Source: Mobula hypostoma (taxonomy: Eukaryota). From it: DNA of 64,000 nt. Positions within the stretch are counted from its first letter, which is position 1, and each line of letters starts with the position of its first letter. The notes under the pieces are model-generated. The model worked only from the letters and a program-made list of their open reading frames with translations, searched no databases and was not told the DNA's origin. The stretch covers positions 192,016,001 through 192,080,000 of the forward strand of contig NC_086097.1 of the NCBI RefSeq assembly GCF_963921235.1. Direction: 5' to 3'. Shown in pieces: positions 24,628 to 36,432 of this stretch. The position numbers were made by a program, and so were the translations under genes.

Positions 24628-26210
24628 TAGTCTACTGGCAGGGTCTAAATGAGTCTACTGTTTGGGCGAAGTAACTGTGTTTGAGTATGTCGGTCCTGAT
24701 GTGAAGCAGGGTCAAATAGTCTGTGAGCAGGGAGGGTGGGATCCTACATGATATTGTTGTCTTTTTACTGGCACATTTCTGTATATGTCCTTGATAGTGG
24801 GTAGGCTAGTGCCAGTGATGCATTGAGCAGTTTTGACTACCCATTATAGAGCCTTCCTGTCCACTGCAGTACAGTTTCTGTACCAAGCAGTGATACAACC
24901 AGTTAGGATACTCTCTACTGCACATGTGTAGAAGGTTGTGAATATTGATGTGCACAGTCCGGCTCTCTACAGCTTCCTCAGAAGGTAGAGGCATTGGTGA
25001 ACTTTCTTGATTGTGTAGGATGTGATCTGGCACCATAAGAGTTTGTGCGAGTTGTGCAATCAAAATTGCCCACAATTGTGCTGCCAACATAAAGAGGTGT
25101 GTGAGAAGTGCGATTTTTCCTAAAGTCAATAACTACCTCCCTTGGCTTATTGATGTTGAGAAAGATGTTATTTGCCTATCTCCAGTCCTCTGGCTCTTCC
25201 ACCTCCTTGCTATAGGCCATCTCATCATCGTTGGTGATGAGCCAAACTACTGTTGTGTCACTGGAGAACTTGACAATGTGGTTACTTGGGTTTTGGACTG
25301 TGCAGTTGTCTGTTAACAGAGAGTACAGCAGTGGGCTCAGCACACAGTCCTGGGGGTGGGGGCACTCATTTGAGGATGATGGGGATGGGGAGCGAGTCAT
25401 TCTGACTATTTGAAGTCTGTTGGTTAGGAAGTCCTGTTGTATAGTGGAGTATATAGACTGAGAAGTAGGAGATGTTTCAGCAAGGTTTGTGAGACAATAA
25501 TGTTGAAAGTTGAAATGAAATCCAGAAAGAGCATTCTGACTTGGGTGTGTCAGGGCTAAATGCATGACAATGCCATGGAATCTGTTCTAGAGTTTTTCTG
25601 TTGGTAAGCACATCGTTAAGTGTCCAGTGTGGTATGAATGGAGTTTTTGATGTGTGCAATTATGAGCCATTCAAAGCACTTCATGATGATTGGTGCAAAT
25701 GCCAAAGGGAGGTAGTCAGTCAGTTCTGAAGATGTAGAGTTCTTTGGTACAGGGATGATGGTAGCTGATGTGAAGCATGTGGAGGTAGCAACCTATATGA
25801 GTGAAGAGTTGAAGATGCCCTTAGTACCCAGCCTGGGATGTTGTCTGGCCTGGCAGTCTTATGGGGTTGACTCTCTACAGAGTCCTTTACATGCTTATTG
25901 CTGTTACAGACAGTGGCTGTTCACCTGGGACTCAGGAGGGAGGGTGGTAGCCTTCATAGCTGGAATTGTATTGCATGCCTCGAAGCCCACATAAAAGTTG
26001 CTTAGAGTATCAAGGAGAGAGGCATCATTGGTACAGTCGATGCTTTCTTTCTTTGAGTAGTCAGTAATGCCCTTGATGCCCAGCCACATACTCTGGGGAT
26101 CATTATCGGCCAGTTGTTCCCAAATTTTTTATGCATAGGTGGTCTTTGGCTTCTTTTTGCCTAAGATGAGCCTTACCCTGGCTGCTCTCTGAGCTGTCTG
26201 TGCTCAGACT

Positions 26211-26832
26211 TGTTAGCATTCATTTTGAGAGGATTAAAATATAAAAACAAGGATGTATTGCTGAGACTTTATAAGACATTCATCAGACCACACTTGGAGC
26301 ATTGTGAGCAGTTTTGAACTCCTTTTCTAAGATAGATGTGCTGGCAATATAAAGAGTCCAGAGGAGATTCACGGGAATGATCCAGGGAATGAAAGGGTTG
26401 ATTGCTCTGGGCCTGAACTCACTGGAGTTTAGAGGAATGTAGGGGAAATGGCATTGAAACCCAGCAGATATTGAAAGGCCTAGACAGAGGGGACGTGAAG
26501 AGGATGTTTCCTTTAATGGGGGAGTCTAGGACCAGAAAGCACAGCCTCAGAATAGAAGGATGTCCCTTTAGAACAGAGGTGAGGAGGAATTTCTTTCATT
26601 AGGAGGTGCTGAATCTTTGAAATTCATTGCCATAGACAGTTGTGGAGGTCAAGTTGTTGGGTATATTTGAAGTGGAGGTTGATAGGTTCTTGATTAGCTA
26701 GGGTCTCAAAGGTTATGGAAGGATGCAGGAGAATGGGGTGGAGAAGAATAATAAATCAGCCATGATGGAAAGGCAGAGCAGACTTGATGGACCAAATGGC
26801 CTAATTCTGCTCCTATATCTTATGGTATTATA
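26211..26832 (+). mobile_element. CR1 3' fragment
   Basis: RPHLEHCEQF remnant and the CR1 3'UTR end (GGCCTAATTCTGCTCCTATATCTTATGG). Confidence 0.82.
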
Positions 26833-27031
26833 ACTAAAAACCCAATTAAAAGGGCAAGTAAATTGATAATTAATTTGAAATTTTTTTTTGGGACGAAGAA
26901 CAAGGTAACAGTTCAGGTGCCAATATGGGCAATGTTAACGTGGTGCTCTCAGAAGTAACAGAAGTTAAAATATTAGCGTACCCCTGTAAGAAGAGTAGGG
27001 TGTGAGATAAAACAACAAAATTAAAAGATAG

Positions 27032-27449
27032 CAACACACATCAAAGTTGCTGGTGAACGTAGCAGGCCAGGCAGCATCTCTAGGAAGAGGTACAGTGGAC
27101 TTTTCAGGCCGAGACCCTTCGTCAGGACTAACTGAAGGAAGAGTTAGTAAGAGATTTGAAAGTGGGAGAGGAGGGGGAGATCCAAAATGATAGGAGAAGA
27201 CAGGAGGGGGAGGGATGGAGTGCCCACAGTGCCCACCCTCCTGTTTTCTCCTATCATTTTGGATCTCCCCCTCCCCTCCCACTTTCAAATCTCTTACTAA
27301 CTCTTCCTTCAGTTAGTCCTGACGAAGGGTCTCGGCCTGAAACGTCAACTGCACCTCTTCCTACAGATGCTGCCTGGTCTGCTGCGTTCACCAGCAACTT
27401 TGATGTGTGTTGCTTGAATTTCCAGCATCTGCAGAATTCCTGTTGTTTG
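27032..27449. mobile_element. PLE fold-back hairpin insertion with 178-bp inverted arms, each containing the hammerhead motif
   Basis: Arms 27031-27208 and 27236-27413 (8 mismatches by eye); 16-bp TSD CAAAATTAAAAGATAG at 27016-27031 and 27450-27465. Confidence 0.92.
27315..27350 (+). ncRNA. Minimal hammerhead ribozyme motif (core intact, one stem I mismatch)
   Basis: AGUC CUGACGA AGG-GUCUCGG-CCU GAAACGUC AACU; an antisense counterpart lies at 27094-27129. Confidence 0.62.
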
Positions 27450-27849
27450 CAAAATTAAAAGATAGTTAACTGACAGCATGTGACAGTTGTAATAAAACAG
27501 ATGAATTGATAGCCCTTAGCAGAACCACAATAGGCAGTATATACCAAAACCTTAACACACTCGGTGTGAAACCATCCTCGGGTTTCCTCTGATACTCTTA
27601 CCTTAATAAGGAGTGATACTAGGGCAAGAGAGGCTGAAGGAGTTATTTAGTATCAATGGCTAAGATGGGCATGTTTTTGCACAATAGGAGAGTTAGGGGA
27701 ACAGGAGGGAATGTAGAGTTGAGGCCATCATCTCAGTGAATTGTGGGGAGGGTCAAGGGGCTCTAAAGCCTTGACTACTCCTGCACCTCTACTGTGTGCT
27801 GGGAAGTCAGGTGGCTGCCTGACGGAACTCTTTAAATAACCTGTACAAT

Positions 27850-28345
27850 AATTCAATGACTACAAGGCTGCTTCTGGAGTATTGCATGCAACTCTAGCCA
27901 CTTCATCGTGGAAGAACATGAAAACTTTGGAGAGGGGGCAAGAGGAGGTTTACCAGGATGCTGCCTGGAATAAAGGATGTCCAAAAAAGAGAAGGTGGAG
28001 AAATTTGAGTTGTTTTCTCTGGAGTAGAAGAGGCTGAATGGATCCCATATAAGAAGTTAACAAAACTGATGAAAGGCATCGGGAGGATAAACGGCTGCTA
28101 TCATTATCCCAGGGTAAAAAAGTCTAGTACTAGAGGGTGAGTATTTAAGGTGGGAAATTCAAAGGACATGGCAGGGGCAATTACTTTTTGCAAAGGGAGT
28201 GGTGGGTGCCTGAAATGCATTGACAGGTGTGGTGGAGGAGTCAGATATAACAATGGCACATTAATATACAGAGAGTGGATCATGTGCAGGCAGAAGAGAT
28301 CAGTGAAATTAGTCCTGTTCCTGTGAAGCTCTCTTCAATATTTTA
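27850..28345 (+). mobile_element. Old CR1 3' fragment
   Basis: LEYC... and RRFTRMLPG remnants. Confidence 0.7.
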
Positions 28346-29312
28346 TGTTAATGTATATTTTACTTAGAACATTGTAAATTTTCCTCCTTATAACATTTAC
28401 CACTTCCATTTTATTAAAATTGCTTCCATGACCTTTTCAGGTAGCATATTCCAGCATGTGAAAATATGCTTCTTTTAAAACCCACTCCTGATCAACTCTT
28501 TTATAAATAAATTTGTATCTATGATCTCTGACCACACAGTCAGTGGAAATGGTTTCTTCTTGTGTAATCTATCAACACCATTTTGTGCATGTCTGTTAAA
28601 TTTATCCTTAATTTCCTGTCCTCTAAGGAGGATCCTAACTCTATTAATGCCTTTGTAAAAATTGATGTTTTTAGTCCTTAAAATTCTAGTGAACCTCTCT
28701 TATGTCCTTGAAACACAACATAAATTCTGAAATATGGTGCTCAGAACTGAACATAATCTTCAGCTCATGCTGAGTCACTGTTATTTTTAGCAAAGTATAT
28801 TAGAACTTTTTTAACTTTATTGTATGTCTCTATTCTGAAACCTAAAATCCCATGTCTTCCCAAGGTATCTTCCCCTTTAAAGATGTAAGCACATGCAATC
28901 CCACTTCTCACTCTGCTTTATATTGTACCACTAAGTTTACATTGACCCTCCTCATTTATTCGATGAAAATAAACTACTTCTCTGGATTAAAATTTTATTT
29001 CCAATATCATCCCTCAATCTTTGTCCTCCTTAAGTCTGGTGTTATATGTTATATTTGCATTCATGACTTGTGTCCCATCAATATGTTGTTGGTATAATGC
29101 TCATTTGTTATCATGAATAGCCCATTGTTTAGTCTAAGGGCCTGTACAGCTTCACAAATGAATTCTTTGATGGGAATCTTGTCAAATTATAGAAGCTGAA
29201 GCATGGATCTTTTTGTTTATATCATTGGAAAAACACAAACTTGATGGTTCTGATGAGCAATAGGCTATATTCTAACTCAGGGTAGAATAGCTCTGAGGTA
29301 GTTGGAGAAAGA

Positions 29313-30992
29313 AAACATAGAAACATAGAAAACCTACAGCACAATACAGGCACTTCAGCCCACAATAGTATGCCGAACATGTACGTACTTAGAAATTAGC
29401 TAAGGTTACCCATAGCCCTCTATTTTTCTAAGCTCCATGTATCCATCCAGGAGTCTCTGAAAAGACCCTATCATATCTGCCTCCACCACCATCGCTGGCA
29501 GCTTATTCCACGCACTCACCACTCTCTGCGTAAAAAACGTACCATGACATCTCCTCTGTACCTACTTCCAAGCACCTTCAAACTGTGCACTCTCATGTTA
29601 GCCATTTCGGCCCTGGGAAAAAGCCTCTCACTATCCACACGATCAATGCCTCCCATCATCTTATGCACCTCTATCAGGTCACCTCTCATCCTCTGCCACT
29701 CCAAGGAGAAAAGGCCTAGTTCACTCAACCTGTTCTCATAAGGCATGCTCCCCAATCCAGGCAACATCCTTGCAAATCTCCTCTCCACCCTTTCTATGGT
29801 TTCCACATCTTTCCTGTAGTGAGGTGACCAGAACTGAGCACAGTACTCCAAGCGGAGTCTGACCTGGAACCTATATAGCTGCAACATTACCTCTCGGCTC
29901 CTAAATTCAATTCCACGATTGATGAAGGCCAATACACTGTATGCCATCTTAACCACAGAGTCAACCTCACAATTATCTGGGTTGAATTCCATCTGCCACT
30001 TCTCAGCCCAGTTTTGCATCCAATCGATGTCCCACTGTAACCTCTGACAGCCCTCCACACTATGCACAACACCCCCAACCTTTGTGTCATCAGCAAATTT
30101 ACTAACCCATCCCTCCACTTCCTCATCCAGGTCATTTATAAAAATCACGAAGAGAAGGGGTCCCAGAACAGATCCCTGAGGCACTCCACTGGTCACCGAC
30201 CTCCATGCAGAATATGACCCGTCTACAACCACTCTTTGCCTTCTGTGGGCAAGCCAATTTTGGATCCAAAAAGCAAGGTCCCCTTGGATCCCATGCCTCC
30301 TTACTTTCTCAATAATCCTTAAATGGGGTACTTTTACAAATACCTTGCTGAAATTCATATACATTACATCTACTGCTCTAACTTCATCAATGTGTTTAGT
30401 TACATCCTCAAAAAATTTAATCAGCTTATAAGGCACAACCTGCCTTTGACAAATCCATGCTGACTATATAATCATATTATGCCTCTCCAAATGCTCATAA
30501 ATCCTGTCTCTCAGGATCTTTTCCATCAACTTACTAACCACTGAAGTAAGACTCACTGGTCTATAATTTCCTGGGCTATCTTTACTCCCTTTCTTGAATA
30601 AGGGAACAACATCCACAACCTTCTGATCCTCTGGAATCTCTCCCATCCCCATTGGCGATGCAAAGACCATTGCCAGAGATTCAGCAATCTCCTCCCTTGC
30701 CTCCCACAGTTGTCTGGGGTACATCTTGTCTGGTCCTGGTGACTTATCCAACTTGATGCTTTCCTAAAGCTCCAGCACATCCTCTTCCTTAAGGTCTATG
30801 TGCTCAAGCTTTCCAATCCCCTGTAAGTCATCCTTACAATCGCCAAGTTCCTTTTCCGTAGTGAATACTGAAGCAAAGTATTCATTAAGTATCTCTGCTA
30901 TCTTCTCCAGTTCCATACACACTTTTCCACTGTCACACTTGTTTGGTCCTATTCTATCACATCTTATCCTCTTGCTCTTCACATATTTGTAG
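29313..30992 (-). mobile_element. CR1 LINE (family B), 5'-truncated, with internal deletion
   Basis: ORFs 29516-30436 ([16 protein letters not shown]) and 30464-30751 (SPGPD, NYRPVSLTS); (TTTCTATG)n tail. Confidence 0.92.
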
Positions 30993-33183
30993 CAATTCTC
31001 GTTTGAATGTGAAGTGTGAAGTAAGTGTGAATGAATGTGCAGGAAGAGAGTAGATATGATTAATGTGGAACAGACTCAATTTCATATTGGCTAGATTCTC
31101 TCTACCAGTGGAAAATACTTCAAAATTTGCAAATAAAGCTTAAGGGGCAAAGAAGTAGGACATTAGCAGCCAAAGATCAGGACATTCAGGAGCAGGGCTG
31201 AGATGGATTTTCAGAAATGACACTGGCTGAGAAAGGGAAAGGAAAATCACGGAAGTTGGATCGCTGAACTCCATTCCTTGGCCCCCTGTGTTTTCATTTG
31301 AAAATTTAAAAAAAGTTAAACTTACCTTAGCCACATTCTGCTGTCACTGGTCCATTTGGCCGAGCAGGTATGCTGACAGGGCAGACTTCCCCTCCCACTT
31401 CCGTTAAAAATAAGCTTGTAGGCTTGCAAACATCAACTACCAATGACCTTTCATTCCCATTTGACCTCAGCCTGTCTGGGATGAGAAGCTTCATCAACTT
31501 CAAAACTGGCAAAGAAAAGGCTCTGTGAGCAGGGCGACCTCAATCAAGTGCATTGACTTCCCCATTTATAAACATCTCCATCCACCAATGGACCTAGAAA
31601 AAGGAATTATGAAGTACTTAATATCAACTTCAAGGGGTCAGATATTTGCTTGATGCAGCTGGGAACTGAAGGTTAGAAAATACAATTGAGAAGTATTGTG
31701 ACAGCTTGGAAGGAATCTGCCCCAATAATACTTACAGATGTAACCTAGAAAGTAACTGAACCATTGCTACGCAGGAAACAAATTTCAGCACAAACAAAAT
31801 ACTGGAGGAACTCAGCAGATCAGGCAACATCTAAGGAGAGGAATAAACAATCCAGTCCTGATGAAGGATCTTGGCCCAAAATGTTGACTATTCATTAACA
31901 TTTTGTGTGTGTCTGGAAGATACCTTGTGTTTATAATCAATCTACCAGCTTGGCTATAGAATTCTTTGAGCTCTTTCACTAACATGAACATTTTTCACCA
32001 CAAAATCACTTCACATACATGGTATATAAACAAAATGCTTCCTCTCCAGGAAGGACAAAGGTATAGCTGGTGAGAGAAGCCCTTAGGAATACCTTAGCAG
32101 GACGCATATAACAATGTTATGTTTGGAGTTATATGGTCAGTCATTAATTAAAGAAGCAGCATAAATGTAGGAAAATATCATGGCAATGACAAGGTCTTGA
32201 AGCAGGACCCTTTCATGCTACTCTTGTTTTCAATGTAAGTAGATCCAGAATCAACAGCTAACTAGGAAGAAGTTAGCTGCAAATTCCTTTTGCTTAGAAC
32301 ATTGGGCTGACAATTTGGCTGGGTATTTCTGGTCCTACCCCATTCTTGTACCAAAGAAAAGTGTATCTCCATGATGTAATTTTGTGTATGATGCAAATGA
32401 CAGCATTTCGAACCAGACTGAGTCCTTAGGTTTGCTCCCCGGGCAGTTGGAGTAGGCCCAAGCCTCGATCTCAGTTCATCATATTAGTGGGGCAAAAACA
32501 CTGCAAAACTTATTGAGACAACAGCCGTTGGAGCAGTTCACAGCCTTGATGCCATGAAGAGAGGAATGAACATCGCGAGAGCATTTGATTCAAATGCTAC
32601 GGGTCCTAGATTACATCTAGAAACACAGTCATTCCACATTTGTAAAATGCCTTTTGGATCACACTGCCTTCATTGCAAACAATCCATGACCTAAACCAGA
32701 GTAATCTCAAAAGATTACATTGTACACTGTGAGGGCAGAGTTGTCCAATATCTATATAAAATACCTTTAATACCAATTAGCATTGAATCAAGTTTAGTTT
32801 TAGAAATGTAGCAAAAATCATGGAGATAACAAAGAAAAAGATCCATTAAGTTAGTGGATCTGGCTAGTACTATTGGCATTGAAAAGCTTTTCAGCATGGT
32901 CATAACATTCTTCCAATGATATAATAACAAGCTCTGTCTCAATAAACTGAATCACATAGTGTAATCAACTTGTCACTCTCTCAGTGTACAATATTTAAAT
33001 GTAGACAGACATCTGCCCTTCACTGCAAAGGCATACGGCACCCATTAGCAAAGCTGATCTGCAATTACTTCCTTTCTAATTATATACATATTCAATATTG
33101 AATTGGCAATAGCTGATCATGCACCTTCCTCTAGATTATCGGCTGCAATCTTTTTTTGCTTTAGTACTCAATCACATCGTTTC

Positions 33184-33185
<2 letters not shown>

Positions 33186-33223
<38 letters not shown>

Positions 33224-33235
33224 CGCGCGCGCGCG
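33186..33235. repeat. (TG)n(CG)n alternating purine-pyrimidine microsatellite
   Basis: Read directly from the sequence; a complementary (CA)n tract lies at about 33471-33511. Confidence 0.9.
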
Positions 33236-33236
33236 C

Positions 33237-33469
33237 CCTTAACGCCTGGTGGAGTCGTCAGGGCATAGTCATGACAAGCTTTTTGCACCGATCTTTTTGG
33301 TATGCTCATCGTACGGCATGTCTTGGGCATCTGAAACCTGGCGGAGCCCAGCCCTCTCCATGTTTTTTTTACAAGGTCGAGTTGTTAGCTTGACAGTCAA
33401 CCCAGGCAAGGGAGCCAGCTGGATTCAAACTCGGGACCTCTCGCCCTGAAGTCCAGTGCTGATGAGCCA
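33237..33469 (-). mobile_element. tRNA-derived SINE (same family as 61171-61435)
   Basis: Rev-comp head CATCAGCACTGGACTTCAGGGCGAGAGGTCCCGAGTTTGAATCC; shared block GGGTTGA...AGCTA...CTCG.CCT.GTAAAAAA. Confidence 0.7.
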
Positions 33470-34213
33470 GACACGGACGCACGCACACACGCACACACAC
33501 ACACACACACATTGTTTCCATATATTGGCCCTAAAATTCCTCACAGACTGAAGAGGAATTTGCAAGGGAGTAGCAAAGATATGGGAAGTACAAATTAATC
33601 TGATTCCTTAATTTTGGTATTCACTGTGGGCCTAAATGTTAGTCAGTCACTTGAAATAAAAAGGAGCAGAAACTGCAGATGCTGGAATTCGAAACCAAAC
33701 TTCAGAAAATACTGGACACACACAGCAGGTCATGCAGCACTTGCGGGAAGAGAAATAGAATTAATGTTATAAATTGATCAGAACGGGAAAAATGAGAAAA
33801 CAGTTGTGATTTAAGCTGAGAGAAAGAAGGTTCATAAGATGCACACCGAAGATGGAAGGTGGCGGTTATTAAAAGAAAACATTAGCTACGACTGAAGTGG
33901 TAAAAAAGAAACAACCTGAAATCAGGAGGTATGTTGACATCAGCAGTGGGGACTGGGGACTGGGGTAAGAGGAGGAGAAGATGTGAGAGAAAGAAATGAG
34001 CAAAAATGTTTACCTGAAATTGAACTGCTGTTGCCCTTTGGACTAAATTTTGAATCACTTTTCTATTTTTGAAGTTTATCAGTTTTTTAATCAGTCTTTG
34101 AAGTTGCATTGACAATTACAGTCTGCACCTCATTCCTCTGTTCTCTCCACCCCACCCTCTGTCTGTATCTCATTTGCTTTCTCAGTTCCTACAGTTCTGA
34201 TGAAGCATCGTTG

Positions 34214-34862
34214 TGTTGCCTTTAAGGCATTTATTTGACTTCGTTGAGTCTACGTTTTAAATGATTTGTTTGTAACTATTTTCTAGTTAAGGTTAAAGGT
34301 TGATAGTTAAGTTATAGTTTAACAAAGGTAAATTCATTGTCTATGGGATATTGTGGCATGTGATGATGTCACCTCCGGTTTCGCCGTGTCTTGTGTGTAA
34401 CTCTGGCTCAGAGAAGGTGTGAAGATGGGTGCCATGCGTGCAGCATGATCGTGTAGAGCTCTGTTTCTACCCACAAAGAACCATTATAGAAGCAATGCCA
34501 TAAGTTCCTAAGAATGTATTTGAAGTAAAAATATTAACTTGGTTTCTGTTAAGGAAGCGACGGTTGGGGCGGTGTGTGTGTCGGCTTTCAATTTCAAACG
34601 CGGGGTTGGCTCGAGTCTGATGGCAGTTTGACGCGACCTCCCCCTTCGCCCGCTACTCGGGACGGCTGGAGACACTCGCTAAAAGAAGAGAGCGCGCGTG
34701 GTCTCCAGAATGAAACAGACGCTGTATATGTTTGTATTTTTTTATCAACAGTTTTCACCATACGATGTTAATGTGGAAGAGTGAACAGTAAATGGTTAAC
34801 CTTACTATGACTCTGTCTTCATTGGCTCCGGTTTAACTTGGTGTTTAGTCAGAGTTTCAACA
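34214..34862. mobile_element. Probable solo LTR
   Basis: Termini TGTTG...CAACA; 5-bp flanks CGTTG/CATTG (one CpG-type change); CpG-richer than surroundings; interrupts a decayed PLE repeat. Confidence 0.62.
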
Positions 34863-36432
34863 CATTGCATGAGAACACTACAATCATCAATATGAAACAA
34901 TAACGCTTTTCTATCCATGCACGCATGCAGCCTGACTCCTGCATGTTTTTGGTATTTTTCATGATCAGGAACAGTCCTCAGACATCCCTTTAAAAGAATG
35001 TGATGGGAACAAGCAGGGTCTGAAAATGCAGCACTTCATCTGTCTTGCACTGGTGATGTCACCCAGATTTTAATGTTCACGTTTCACATAGAAAATTGTA
35101 AATTGAGGTGTGAAACTTTTAATCTACAACCTATAAGGTATACAAAGCTCAGTCACAAGTTTGTGCTGCTGTGGAGTGGAATCTGCTCATGTTATACCAT
35201 ATCCTCTGAAGCAGAATATTGGAATTCCTTAATGTGCATGTCTCACATTTGGGTTACATTATTATGAGCATGAATTTGACCTAAGACATTGGTATTGAAG
35301 CATTCTAAGGATTATGGATTGGTAGAAATGCCTTTATTTAAATGTCAATGATAGACATTCACACAAATCAGTTTCCATCTCAGGCAATTGCTCAATGGCG
35401 CAGCTCTGTGATGGGTTGTCCTCCTTCAGGCGGATGGAAGTTTAATGTCCATAAGACTAAATGCACCTGCATTACAAGGACAAAATTGTCACTATTCTCC
35501 AGACGTTACCTCAGGCAGCTCCTTTTAATATTGCTTCGGGATTGTACACCTGATTTTCCACAGCAAGCTGTCGACCAGAAATATGTCACATCACCTACTA
35601 AGAGCTCCTCCTGAAAGCACAATGCTGTCTTACATTGATGACTTGGCTTAGGGCTAAGATAGAGATCACCCTAAGGAAACACAGATGGAAACTATGAGAA
35701 TAAATCTGTTCACAGCTTCCTGGCTTCTGGCCTAATGTTACTCCTGCCACGTAGGTACAAATGCTTTCTTGTAGGCAATAGGATTTTGGTTTGCATTGGG
35801 CGAACAAATTAAACTGACTGCTTGTACTAACGTGTAAAATGTTTCTTTTCATGATTTATAGGAATGTATCACTACCGCTAAAAAAAATCGCCTTCTTAAC
35901 CTTTCCCTCACCTTACGTTCAAACTGAAAATTTTGAAACTCAATCCCAATTTACAACCAATGATCTCACAACATGCTTTATTTCTTGAAAAATGTTATGC
36001 AAACCAAAGAAGACATATTTCTGTTCTGGGGATTGCTGTAAAGAAGATAAATTTGGTTGACTTACAGTTCTTTTGACAATGCTACACAAGTATTGTGTAA
36101 AGTGTCAAATTAACAAAGCAATTGTATCGCACACTTGTATGCTCTCCAAAACCTTTTCAGTTAATAATTAATTATGAATTTATCATCTTGATACTATTTA
36201 CTGTAAAACTTTCCTCAGGATTCCTATGGAAATTGATTGTAGAATATCTAACACAATATTTTAACTCTTTGGGAATAAATAAATAAACAATTATAATTCA
36301 ATGTGTTCCATAGTTTCACTCATTTTACAGTCAGACTTTATCAGAATTTGAAACATAAAAAAGTTATTTGCAGACATCATGTGACATGAAAAATTTTAAG
36401 TGCAATTCAATAGTTTTTCAATTCATATTTTA

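Larger units (their letters stand above)
22530..26210 (-). mobile_element. Older Rex1/Babar LINE interrupted by a younger Rex1/Babar copy at 22846-24627
   Basis: 3'UTR at 22530-22845; RT remnants at 24654-26210 (PQDCVLSPLLYSL, KFSSDTT). Confidence 0.8.

Noticed and set aside
26965..27458. Two nearly identical ORFs on opposite strands
   Set aside because: A consequence of the DNA palindrome in a non-coding PLE repeat
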